From positions 12,739 to 76,738 of the forward strand of contig JAANOX010000249.1 of NCBI GenBank assembly GCA_020184695.1: DNA of 64,000 bases, read 5' to 3'. The notes beneath the pieces were generated by a model that was not told the DNA's origin, did not search any database, and was given only the letters and a program-made list of their open reading frames with translations. Below are positions 35,629 through 47,189 of this stretch, piece after piece (position 1 is the first letter of the stretch; each line of letters begins with the position of its first letter). Position numbers and translations under genes: made by a program. The stretch is from Histomonas meleagridis 2922-C6/04-290x. Lineage: Eukaryota > Protista > Parabasalia.

Positions 35629-35934
35629 TTACTTATATTCACTGAAGTCTCCAGATTTATCAAGTAATAGGAAAGATTCTTTTTGTTTTCGCTTTTTAAC
35701 TAAAATAACAATTACAATAACTGCAACTATAACGACGACACCACCAGCTACTCCAATAATAATTTTGAGTGTGAGAGAAAGTCCTCCTGATTTTGATGAA
35801 TTTGGCCATTCTGGTGTATTTGTTGGATAAGTTTGACGTAGAGTGGGAACATTCGTCCATTCTGGTGTTTCTGTTGGCCATTTTGAACAATTGGCTAAAC
35901 CAATAAGACCAATGATGATTGCGAGATGTAGCAT
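35629..35934 (-). CDS. Small type I membrane protein (101 aa)
   Basis: Signal peptide, two PT(E/N)TPEW repeats, TM helix, KKRKQK tail with an LLL motif. Confidence 0.75.
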   Translation of the reverse strand: MLHLAIIIGLIGLANCSKWPTETPEWTNVPTLRQTYPTNTPEWPNSSKSGGLSLTLKIIIGVAGGVVVIVAVIVIVILVKKRKQKESFLLLDKSGDFSEYK

Positions 35935-36484
35935 TTCTTTTTTGAGTTTCTTGTTGTTTAAAGGGATAAAAGGGTAAAATTTTGAAGTGTTCCAAAATCG
36001 GTTCTATTTGACAAGACCAAATAGCAATTGAATTATGTTCGCTTCAACCCAAACGATAAGCTATTTTTCACTTGGCATTTCTGCTATTTTCACTTGGTGT
36101 TCCAGGGTGTGTGATATTGACTTTTGATTTTTATTATTCGTATATAGCGATCATCCTACGATCTTGATATTATGAATATATAATATATATACATAATTTC
36201 ATCTATGACTAATGAAAAGCTAAAAATAATATTATGAATAACACGAAATAAATTTATTGTTTCATTCGGAAAGTGGCAAAAATCGACTTTTGCATAATTT
36301 ACATCAAACGATAATGACAACGATAAGTGCCGATAGAAGATTCTTTGAATGATGGTAAATATTATCAAATTTTTACCCTTTTCTCAAAATACGTTATTTA
36401 AAATAGAAAAGTGTATAGAATTTGTGGTAAACAGCCAATTAAATTATCCGTGGTTTTTAGGTAAAGTTAACCTGATTGAACACC

Positions 36485-39400
36485 ATGTCAAATGATATTC
36501 TCAAATTATATGACAAAGGCTCCATGTCTGTATCTGCTTCAATGGAATTGTTAGCGAATCTTGAGCAAATAATTTTTAATTTAACTCAAGAAAATATTGA
36601 ATTAAGTGTAGACCAAATAATAAAATTATATGATTTAAGTTTTCCATATTCGTATAATTTAATTATTTGTTATTTAATTTATTCAGCATTTTATTCGCAA
36701 AAAGAAGTTAATATTTTGTATTTAAACTTTTTAAAAATAATTCAAACTAAAGAAGAAGAAATAATTAAAAACAATATAAATATTATTTCAATTTTCGGGG
36801 GTTATATAAGAAAAATCTATTGCCAAGACTCATATTATTTAATTGATAAAATGATCGAACTAAAATTAACAGATAGAAATATTATTGAAAACATCAAATC
36901 AAATTTTTTTGCTCATTATAAAAAACATACTCAACACACCAGGAATACTTTATTTGATATTAGTGAGGAACTTTCAAAGAATGATTTTGAACTTCATAAA
37001 CAATATATTAAAGGAGGACATAATCCAAATGAAATCGCAAAAATAATTCGAAATGATGAAATAGAAAAACTTCAAGAAATATCATCACAAACAAATTTTA
37101 ATATTAATCAAAGAATTGAACCATCACTTTATGAAAGATGTTCATTTATTAACAAACCAAATGTTACATTAATTGATTATGCAGCATTTTTTTCCTCTGT
37201 TAAATGTTTTAAATATTTACTTATGAATGGAGCAAATGTAATAAACACAGGTAAATATGCAGTTGCAGGTGGAAATGAAGAAATCATTCATTTATGTGAA
37301 CAAAATCATTCTGTATTTGAAGATGTATATGAAACAGCAATACAGTTTCATCGAAATGATATCTTTAGATATTTTTATGGAAATATACTAGATAAATTGA
37401 CAATAGATCAGCTTAACACATGTGATCCTCAGGGTATTGTTGACGATGCTTATTTTCCTAGTGATGATATTAATAACAATTTGGGCTATTTGTGTATTCA
37501 AAATGGAAACTATGAAATTCTTATATTTTTACTTGAAAACTCAATAAGGGTCAATGAATTTTTGATAAATAACACAGCAAAATTTGGAAATTTATTTCTT
37601 ATAAAACATTTTCTAGAAAATAATCAAATTTCAAAAAATAGTTTAATTTATGCAATGGAATCAAAAAATATTGAACTTATTAAATATTTTATAAAACAAA
37701 AAGGAATTGATATTAATGCTAAAGATATTTATTTGTTTTATTTAAAATTTATTTTAATAATTATTTATTTCAAAATAATATTTAGAAATTATTTAAATTA
37801 TGTAGAACTGTACTTATGAATGCATCTGAAAAATGTTATACAGAAATAGTTAAATTACTTCTTGAACAAGAAGGAATTGATATTAATGCTAAAGATATTT
37901 ATTTGTTTTACTTTGGCTTTATTTAGGTAATTTGATATTTTAAAATAATATTTGGAAATTATATGAATTTTTTAGTACAGCGCTTATAATAACATCTAAA
38001 AAATGTTATACAGAAATAGTTAAATTACTTCTTGAACAAGAAGGAATTGATATTAATGCTAAAGATATTCATTTACTTTGTTTTATATTTATTTTAATAA
38101 TTTGATATTTTAAAATAATATTTGGAAATTATATAAATTATTTAGTACAGCACTAATTTATGCATCTGAAAACGGTCACTCAGAAATAGTTAAATTACTT
38201 CTTGAACAAGAAGGAATTGATGTTAATGCTAAAGATATTTATTTGTTTTATTTAAAATAAATTTTGGTAATTTTTTATTTCATAATAATATTTGGAAATT
38301 ATATGAATTTTTTAGTACAGCGCTTATAATAACATCTAAAAAAGGTCTTATAGAAATAGTTAAATTACTTCTTGAACAAGAAGGAATTGATGTTAATGCT
38401 AAAGATATTTATTTATAATATTTAAGATTTATTTTAATAATTTGATATTTCAAAATAATATTTGGAAATTATATGAATTATTTAAAACTGCACTTATTTA
38501 TGCATATAAAAATGGTCATATGGAAATCGTTAAATTACTTCTTAAACAAAAAGGAATTGATGTTAATGTTGAAGATATTTATATAAATAATTTATTATTT
38601 CAAAGTAATATTTGGAAATTATATAAATTATTTAGAACAGCACTAATTTATGCATCTGAAAACGGTCACTCAGAAATAGTTAAATTACTTCTTGAACAAG
38701 AAGGAATTGATGTTAATGCTAAAGATATTTATTTGTTTTATTTAAAATAAATTTTGGTAATTTTTTATTTCATAATAACATTTGAAAATTTTATAAATTA
38801 TTTAAAACAGCACTTATACATGCATCTGAAAAAGGTCATGCGGAAACAGTTCAAATGCTTCTCAAACAAAAAGGTATTGATGTTAATACTAAAGATATTT
38901 AAATGTTTTATTCATTGTTTGTTTTAATAATTTTTTATTTCTAAATAATATTTGGAATTTATTTAAAATATACAAAACAGCACTTATACATGCATCTGAA
39001 AAAGGTCATGCGGAAACAGTTCAAATGCTTCTTAAACAAAAAGGTATTGATATTAATGCTAAAGATATTTATTTGTTTAATTTAGAATACATTCTAATAA
39101 TTTAATATATCAAACAAATATTTGAAAATTATCTAAATTATATAATACGGCACTTATTTTTGCATCTGAAAATGGTTATACAGAAATAATTAAAATACTT
39201 CTTGACCAAAAAGGAATAAATATTAATGTTAAAGATATTTATTTCTTTTGCTTAAAATACCATAATAATATTTGAAAATTATTTAAATTGTATAAAACAG
39301 CACTTATTTATGCATCAGAAAATGGACACCTAAAAATAGTTCAAATGCTTCTTGATCGAGGAATAGATGTTAATGCTAAGGGTATTTAATTGTTTAATTT

Positions 39401-39702
39401 TATATTTATTTTAATTATTTTTTATTTCTAAATAATTTTTGGTAATAATTTATAATATTTAGTACAGCACTTATAATAGCATCTGAAAAAGGTCATATAG
39501 AAATAGTTAAATTACTTCTTGAACAAGAAGGAATTGATATTAATACTAAAGATATTCATTTGTTTTATTTTATGTTTGTTTTAATAGTTTCATATTTTAA
39601 AATAACATTTGGAAATTATTTAAATTATTTAAATCTGCACTTATGTATGCATCCTCAAAAGGTTATACTGAAATAGTTAAAATTTTAGCAAATAAAAAAT
39701 AA
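36485..39702 (+). CDS. DUF3447 + ankyrin-repeat protein, locus 3 (12 spacers)
   Basis: DUF3447 motifs, then stop-free ankyrin modules; terminal repeat ends TAA at 39700-39702. Confidence 0.85.
37727..39633 (+). repeat. Array of 12 ankyrin-hairpin spacers (10 x 80 nt, 2 x 60 nt)
   Basis: Manual measurement; mostly a 170-nt period. Confidence 0.92.
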
Positions 39703-40597
39703 AATTTGCAAACAAGATTTAACGATTTATGCGTAATATTGAAAAATATAGTAAACCTGATAAAAATATTTTTGAAAAATTTTGACTGGTGATTTTTCCG
39801 TAACGGTTATATTGAGAATCGATATAAACGGTTTCTTAGACTTCGAAAAAATTTATTAAAAACATTTGGTTTGCACTTGGTCGGATAGCCGATGCCCATT
39901 TGGGAAACTATCTAATAACGACCCACTCACCTCATGTTTTTGATCTTTTCTTTTATCTTTGAAAATTATAATTTTTAATATAAAATTTATTTTATTATCG
40001 ATTAAAACATCATCCATATTGGGATCAATGTATTTCAAAATATATACGATCATGAGTTTTTTTGAAATTAACTCAATGATTAATTTTCTCACTCCCAATA
40101 TTTCTCTATTATACTTTTATCTTTAGCATAATTTATACAGCTATATTGTGGATATTGGATGATTTTATTTTTTATACATGAATTATACAATATCAAATTT
40201 ATAAACATATTTATTTATCTTTTTTAAGCATAATTATGTTCATATAATATTAATATTAGTTTTTTATTTTTAGTGTTATTATCAAATATTTTATTGATAC
40301 ATCAATTTTCTTTTCTGAAAAAGTAATGAAATTTTCTCTCAAAAAGTTCGTATTATAATACGATTTGCCCCAAAAATGTATTAATAAAATTTCATTTTTA
40401 TTTTTCTCCAAATTCCGAAGACTGTTATGGTTGTTTGTATGTTTATATCAACTTTTGTTTTACTTTTCTTTCTAGTGTTTCTTGCGAACATTTGATCTTC
40501 AAGTTGATTTTAATGTTATTAGCAATATATGCTTTATTTCTATTTCTTATTGAAAATGAAGATTTGATGTAGAAGAGGAATCTGAATTAAAATTTTG

Positions 40598-42575
40598 TTA
40601 GTACTTTAAATATATATATATTTTTTTTTCATGAAGTAAATTTAATATATCTGTGTAACCATTTTGTTGTGCAATTTGAATTGCTGTTTCAAATTATTAA
40701 AACATATTAAAAATTATTAAAACATATTCCAAATTATTAAAATATATTAAAAATTATTAAAACATATTCCAAATTATTAAAACATATTCCAAATTATTCA
40801 AATGAATATCTTTTGCATTAACATCAAATTCTTCTTTATCTAAAAGTAATTTTACTATTTCTATATTATTATTTTTAACTGCTATATGAAGTGCTGTTTC
40901 AAATTATTAAAACATACATAAAATTATTAAAACATATTTCAAATTATTAAAACATATTTTAAATTATTCAAATGAATAGTTTTTGCATTAACATCAATTC
41001 CTTTATCTAAAAGTAATTTTACTATTTCTATATTATTGTTTTTAACTGCTATGTGAAGTGCTGTTTCAAATTATTAAAACATATTCCAAATTATTAAAAC
41101 ATATTCTAAATTATTCAAATGAATACTTATTGCATTAACATTAATTCCTTCTTTATCTAAAAGTAATTTTACTATTTCTATATTATTGTTTTTAACTGCT
41201 ACATGAAGTGCTGTTTCAAATTATTAAAACATATTCTAAATTATTCAAATAAACATTTTTTGCATTAACATCAATTCCTTCTTGTTTAAGAAGCATTTTA
41301 ACAATTTCTGTATGACCTTTTTCAGATGCTAAAATAAGTGCTGTATCAAAATTTATAATAAAAATTTAAATCGTATTTTAAAATATCAAATCGTTTTAAT
41401 AAAATTCCAATAAAATTTTCAAACACTTCTCTTAAAATTAATATATTTATGATTAATAAGGTAGTCAAAAAATTCTTTCTCAATGGAAATCTCTGAAATC
41501 TCTGAAATCTCTAAAAAATTTAGTGAAATTTTTTTATTTCCGAGGAAATATAAAAAAATAAAAATATTTCCTGTTCTAATATAATTAATGATATGATTCT
41601 TATTGATATTCATTCCTTCTTCTTTTAAAAATGAAAGAAGATTAAAATTATCATGTAAAATACATTCTTTTCCTAATTCTTCTAAATTATTATCAGGATT
41701 AATTTTATTTTCATAAATATATTTAAAGATATCATTTCGATGAAACTGTATTGCTGTTTCATAATCATATTCGAATGATGAATGATTTTGTTCACATAAA
41801 TGAATGATTTCTTCATTTCCACCTGCAATTGCATATTTACCTGTGTTTATTACATTTGCTCCATTCATAAGTAAATATTTAAAACATTTAACAGAGGAAA
41901 AAAAAATGCTGCATAATCAATTAATGTAACATTTGGTTTGTTAATAAATGAACATCTTTCATAAAGTGATGGTTCAATTCTTTGATTAATATTAAAATTT
42001 GTTTGTGATGATATTTCTTGAAGTTTTTCTATTTCATCATTTCGAATTATTTTTGCTATTTCATTTGGATTATGTCCTCCTTTAACATATTTCTTATGAA
42101 GTTCAAAATTTTCAGAAAGATCTTTGAAATTATTTTCATTTTTGAATTTAAACCTTCGAGATTGAAGTTTTATAAATTCTTCTTCTGAAACATAATGTAT
42201 ATAAAAAGGATTATTTTTATTTTGAATAATTTTTGGTCCTATTAATTTACTTTCAATCATTTTTTCAAGAAGATAATTTGATTCTTCGTTATTAATTGTT
42301 AATAAAAATTGAATAACAACATTAATTAAGGTATTATTCGATTTTATTTCTGCTTTCTGTAAATACTTGATGCATAATTTTTCAAATCCTTTGGAAACAA
42401 AATATGAATAAATAATTCTGCTAATAATGTGAAGGAATGAAATTGGAAATTCTTGAGAAAAGTATTGAAAAGAAGATTCGACTGATTTATCAATATTTTC
42501 CTCATTTAAATCGAAAATAATTCTCTCAATAGCTTGTAATATTTGAAGGTTTTCATGAAAAGAAAAATTATACAT
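40598..42575 (-). CDS. DUF3447 + ankyrin-repeat protein, locus 4 (5 spacers; +2 frameshift in a 9-nt homopolymer at 41898-41906)
   Basis: ATG at 42575. ORFs 41865-42839 and 41419-41868 join if the T9 run (coding strand) is T7, as in locus 3. Ankyrin modules TALH(V/I)AVKNNNIEIVKLLLDK follow. Confidence 0.75.
40688..41424 (-). repeat. Spacers of 80, 40, 60, 80 and 120 nt; 20-nt tandem unit ATATGTTTTAATAATTT+NNN
   Basis: Directly visible 20-nt periodicity on the + strand (AAATTATTAAAACATAT+NNN). Confidence 0.95.
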
Positions 42576-42660
42576 GTTGTATTTGATAATCGCTTGACTT
42601 TGATTTCCCCCCACTTGAAATAAAGAACGGGTAACCGCTTTCCCGAAAATTTCACATGTA

Positions 42661-42668
42661 AACGGTTT
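42661..42668 (+). promoter_or_regulatory. AACGGTTT Myb/M3-like core promoter motif in the 114-nt divergent promoter
   Basis: Lies about 25 nt upstream of ATG 42690. AAC(G/C)GT-type motifs recur near other starts (19416, 60443, 62771). Confidence 0.4.
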
Positions 42669-42689
42669 CTGTAACAGAAAGAAAAAAAA

Positions 42690-43235
42690 ATGGAAACAAC
42701 AACAACGCAAGAAGAAACAAAGCCAATCGAAGCACCAAAAAATGAACCACCTCCTGTGGCTGAAAATACTGAAAAAAAAGAAGTTGGACCGCCAAAGCCC
42801 GAAGTTGTTCAAAAAAAGCCAATTCCAAAACCACAACAAAAGTTTATTGTTTCAAAAATATTAAAAGACCGTAAAAAGCAAGGAGAAGAACAGTTGTTAG
42901 TTGTTTATTCACATGAAAAATCCGAAAAAGGACATTGGGTTGCAAAATCAACAGTTGATAACCCAACACTAATTGAAGAATACTTTGCACAAAAAGCCAA
43001 GGAGAAAGCAGAAGGAGCTGCTAAAAAAGGCCAAATGAGGCAACTTCAAGAAATATATGGAATTGTTCCGAAAAATGGAAAAATCAGTCTTTTTGAGGTT
43101 AAGTTCAAAGATTCCGAAAAGAGGGAATATGTTCCAATTTCGTTGATGCACAAACATTATTCAAAAATGTTGATTTCATTTTATGAATCACATATTGAAC
43201 CACAGACACCTACAATTGAGGAGCTTCCTCAATGA
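42690..43235 (+). CDS. HP1-like chromodomain + chromoshadow protein
   Basis: FIVSKILKDR...LLVVY...W...LIEEY (chromo); EVKFKDSEKREYVP...MLISFYESHI (chromoshadow). Confidence 0.7.
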   Translation: METTTTQEETKPIEAPKNEPPPVAENTEKKEVGPPKPEVVQKKPIPKPQQKFIVSKILKDRKKQGEEQLLVVYSHEKSEKGHWVAKSTVDNPTLIEEYFAQKAKEKAEGAAKKGQMRQLQEIYGIVPKNGKISLFEVKFKDSEKREYVPISLMHKHYSKMLISFYESHIEPQTPTIEELPQ

Positions 43236-43599
43236 ACCTTAGCATTAATAAAATTAATTTTTATTCTTTGGTGTCACAATTTGCTTTGTCTAAATAATGA
43301 TACATCACTAAATTTTTAACTTGAATTAATATTTTGAGATATCTCCTTTAACATTTATATATCTTATCAAATAAATTTAACATTGGTTGTTATTTAAAAA
43401 GTATGGAAGAAAGAAAAATTTATTGATAAAATTTAATCAGAAGAAATAAATAGTAATATGGACAAAAGGTCAATTCCATATTTATATATTAAACAAAATA
43501 AAACATACGATTTCATAAACAATTTATATGTGTGAACACATATTTTTACTATGAGAAAACATATAAATCCAAATTTAAAAGTTTATTTAACATAAAATT

Positions 43600-46500
43600 T
43601 CAGTTATTCTTATCGAAGAATTTCCTGTAAAAACAAATCAAGTATATTGCCAAGTTGATTGGGTATATTCCGATTCCTTCCATTTCCTCGTTTATTCCGT
43701 TTCCTTTTCTAATTTTTATTAATATTAAATCATTAGCGATTGGCTTCAACAGAATCACAATTTGATTTCTCAGTTCTGCGTTATCGTTAAATGTATCAAT
43801 TTCATTCCAAACGAAAACGATTTGATGTTTTTTCAAATTATTTGGACTCGACACAACTTTAAAATTAGGGACTCCGTGTAAATGATGTTGTGGATCAATA
43901 AAATGCTTTAAAAACGCATTAAACTTTGGCGTAATCTCTTCATAACATACAAATGTAATTGTTTCATTATTATTTTCATCAACAATTTCATTATCTTTTT
44001 CTTTTTCTTTTACTTCTTGTAATTCTTCATTCGAAAACAACTTTAAATAACAATAAAAATCTTCAAACATTACTTCGTTATCATTATCATTAACATTTTC
44101 GATTTGTTCATTTTCATTTATTTCATTTTCTTCACATTCATATTCATATTCATTTAAATTTAAGTCTTCAATGTCATGTAATTTAATATCACTTGCGCAG
44201 TTCATGAAAAAACTTCGAATTTCATTTTCGTTTTCATTTATTTTTGGCTCGTCGACATTGTTTTGATAATTATATTTAATATATTTTTGAGTTCTATTTT
44301 CCGATTTAATTGGCGTTATTTCGAATTGACATATTTTGTCTTGTTGTTTTGTTTCGACAACAAATGTATTCATGTTTTTTATCATAACTTTATGGAAACA
44401 ATCTTGAAGACTATATAAAGCATATACATTATTATATTCATTTATATTTGTTTTAGGTTTATAACTTAAAATAATTTTCGTAATTAATTCATTTAACGCA
44501 TAAATTTTCTCTTTAGAAAAAATATTTACAAACTTCGAATTAAATTGTTTCCATAACCCAAAGAAATTATTATAAAATGAAATAACATCGGACATAAAAT
44601 TCCCTAAAATCCATGTCATTATAATTGATGAAAATTGCATATATTTCGTTTTGAACTCTTGTTTAACAATTTCAAAAATAGATACAACTATAGTCTCTTC
44701 AAACTTTTGTGTGTCCATTAATTCTTTTAATTTATTATAATCTTCATTATAAGTCGAGAATTTCTCTTTCAGTTTATTGGTAACATTAATTTGATTATAT
44801 ACTGCATATGAATATAATATCATCAAATGACTTAATGTATGCATAAATGTCTTCTTACGATAAAGTAATCGTAAGACAACAATTGGTATTGTTTCGATTA
44901 GTTCGGGAAAACATGTAACTAAATCAAATGCTTTTAATGAATCATCTTTATTATTTGATAACATTTCTTCAATTAATAATGTCTCAATCGATAATAACAA
45001 GTCCTTAAATTGATGATTATGAATAATATCTTTGATAATACTTCCTAATGATTCAAATGATATTATTTGCCATAAGTGTTGTGATGTTGTACATTTCTCT
45101 ATAAGTCGAAAGATAGTTTCTAATAATGAATAAAATAATGGTCGTTTACATTTAGATTTTTGACTCAGTTTAAAGATAATACGTAAAAATGTTATAATGA
45201 TGGATTGATTAGTTGAAAATGGTATTAATTCTAAAATAGATTTCATGAAGTTTAACACTTGTTTATCATCCCAAGTTTTACATGAGATATAAAATGAATA
45301 TTTATATAATGATATTTGAATTTCTTCAATCCCTAAAAATTTACTATTATCGATTATATAATTAATTGGATCTTGAATGAGATTTTCAGTATCATAATCA
45401 CCAAAATCTAAAAAGTAACACGAAAAAGTGACAGTGACTTGTGATACGAAAACTAAATACGATTGATTAAAATATATAAAACTCATTACATCTTTAAAAA
45501 TGTTTTGTAACATATCTAATGAAAAATCGCGAATGACAAATAAAAAATGAAAAACTAAGGAATATGTTAAAAATGGTAATTTCGATTCAGAATGATCTTC
45601 TGTTAATTGTCGAAGTGTTTCATTTAAAATTGATGTGTAAATCGACGAATTACATCGAACAGAAACTAATTGCTGAACTAACCAGCTATAGATAATTAAT
45701 ACGTGACATGTCTTTGTCGTTAGAAATTGATTTAAAGCGGCCTTTTCTAACAAAACAAAAAAAATTGTGATCCATTTGACATCATATTTCAAAAAGATTT
45801 TTAAGAGCTTGTTGGCTTTATCAATGATAGTTTGGTTCACAATTGGCTTGTGGTTATATAACGAAATTGAATTTGTGATTTTAGAACAATTGACAACTAT
45901 TGGAAATTGATAAGTGTAAAATTGAATAATATAATCATAAAAATGTGGCGTGTTGGGGTCGACAGAGTTTAATATGCTTAATGTACTGAAAATTATTTCT
46001 TCATGGTCAAGTAATAATAAGTCAGTTTTATCTTCAATGTATTTGCAGATTATTGGATAACATAATGCGAAGATTTCGTTGTTTTGGGTATTGACTCGGA
46101 AATTTTTTGCTGGAGGTGGATACTTAAAATAAAATGGAAAAAATGAGCGAGAAAATATAATAATCCAAATTGATTTTTGCTCTTGTGTAATATAGTCAAG
46201 CTCTTTGTTGTAACACGCTAGAAATTCACCATATTTGTTGTAAAATTTATAGCAATAATTTTCGCAAAAAGAACAAATAGATTCAATGACCTCATGATTA
46301 TCAACTGTTAATATATTAAAAAGTATAGGCATGAGCATGGAAATAGTATTTTGCTCGCCAACTTCCACTAAGAAAATTAATGTATAAATTACCCCTTTAA
46401 TAGAACTTGTCCAATCAATATTTAGTTCATGTTTTCTCGAAACCCTGCGAACTTTTTCGAGTAAAGAAATTAATTTTTTGTTATTTTGTTTTGATTTTTT

Positions 46501-46629
46501 CCTTTTTGCTGAAATTATATAAGAATCTAATAAATTAGAAAATGAATCTGAGAGAACAGATAGTTGGTTTTCCTTGATTACACGACTTAAATCCTTGTAA
46601 GAAATGTCAAAATCAGGTCCTTTGTTCAT
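43600..46629 (-). CDS. Large helical protein with C-terminal Rap/RalGAP-like domain
   Basis: ITFVCYEEI, KHQIVFVWNE, QIVILLKPIANDLILIKI resemble RalGAP/tuberin GAP-domain segments. Confidence 0.55.
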   Translation of the reverse strand: MNKGPDFDISYKDLSRVIKENQLSVLSDSFSNLLDSYIISAKRKKSKQNNKKLISLLEKVRRVSRKHELNIDWTSSIKGVIYTLIFLVEVGEQNTISMLMPILFNILTVDNHEVIESICSFCENYCYKFYNKYGEFLACYNKELDYITQEQKSIWIIIFSRSFFPFYFKYPPPAKNFRVNTQNNEIFALCYPIICKYIEDKTDLLLLDHEEIIFSTLSILNSVDPNTPHFYDYIIQFYTYQFPIVVNCSKITNSISLYNHKPIVNQTIIDKANKLLKIFLKYDVKWITIFFVLLEKAALNQFLTTKTCHVLIIYSWLVQQLVSVRCNSSIYTSILNETLRQLTEDHSESKLPFLTYSLVFHFLFVIRDFSLDMLQNIFKDVMSFIYFNQSYLVFVSQVTVTFSCYFLDFGDYDTENLIQDPINYIIDNSKFLGIEEIQISLYKYSFYISCKTWDDKQVLNFMKSILELIPFSTNQSIIITFLRIIFKLSQKSKCKRPLFYSLLETIFRLIEKCTTSQHLWQIISFESLGSIIKDIIHNHQFKDLLLSIETLLIEEMLSNNKDDSLKAFDLVTCFPELIETIPIVVLRLLYRKKTFMHTLSHLMILYSYAVYNQINVTNKLKEKFSTYNEDYNKLKELMDTQKFEETIVVSIFEIVKQEFKTKYMQFSSIIMTWILGNFMSDVISFYNNFFGLWKQFNSKFVNIFSKEKIYALNELITKIILSYKPKTNINEYNNVYALYSLQDCFHKVMIKNMNTFVVETKQQDKICQFEITPIKSENRTQKYIKYNYQNNVDEPKINENENEIRSFFMNCASDIKLHDIEDLNLNEYEYECEENEINENEQIENVNDNDNEVMFEDFYCYLKLFSNEELQEVKEKEKDNEIVDENNNETITFVCYEEITPKFNAFLKHFIDPQHHLHGVPNFKVVSSPNNLKKHQIVFVWNEIDTFNDNAELRNQIVILLKPIANDLILIKIRKGNGINEEMEGIGIYPINLAIYLICFYRKFFDKNN

Positions 46630-46856
46630 TTGCTTCCAAGAAAATTTAAGAGGAAATTTATCGTTATGTTATAAAATAACCGCAAATATCACATGTAGAT
46701 AATGCAAACAATAAAAAACAATAAACGCGAACATTAAAACATGTAGAAAGAAATAATTACAATAACTTCTCATCAAAAAATTATTTAAGCTAAAAGTTAG
46801 TCTTAGTTTAAAAAATTCAAGGGAACAATTTATTATTGATGAAATTTATTTAAATT

Positions 46857-47189
46857 TTATTTCTTACCTTTTCTTCCTTTTGGAGCTGCTTCAGCTTTTG
46901 GTGTTTCTTCAACAACTTCTTCCTTAGCTCCAGCTGGACGGCCATAAGCAACAAGTTTTGAGTGTTTGATAAGGCAAACAATCTTACCATCTGCTTCAAG
47001 TTGCTTTAAAACTTGACGAGCAACAGTAAGAGAAATTTTATAACGATCTGCAAGTTTAGATGGTGTGATGAGTTTACTACGTGGTACGGCTTTTTCTATC
47101 TCTTCTGCAACATCGTAAAGAAGGACTGTTGCCCAATCCCTTTTTTCCTTATTTGTGACCTTTGTCCACTTCTTCTTTACTTGTGGCAT
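46857..47189 (-). CDS. RPS25: 40S ribosomal protein eS25
   Basis: KKKWTKV..KEK, KLITPSKLADRYKISLTVARQVLKQL. Confidence 0.95.
   Translation of the reverse strand: MPQVKKKWTKVTNKEKRDWATVLLYDVAEEIEKAVPRSKLITPSKLADRYKISLTVARQVLKQLEADGKIVCLIKHSKLVAYGRPAGAKEEVVEETPKAEAAPKGRKGKK

Noticed and set aside
37727-39633. Plain pseudogenisation of ankyrin arrays
   Set aside because: All modules are stop-free and in register, disruptions are confined to fixed-length spacers, and the retained triplets avoid stops and keep Gly. It is not formally excluded without RNA data.
40688-41424. CRISPR-like repeat-spacer array
   Set aside because: Eukaryotic context, no cas genes; the constant units are protein-coding ankyrin modules or 17-nt elements with 3-nt variable parts.
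42576-42839. Hydrophobic N-terminal extension of ORF 41865-42839
   Set aside because: It is the antisense of the chromodomain gene 5' end; paralog alignment places the start at 42575.
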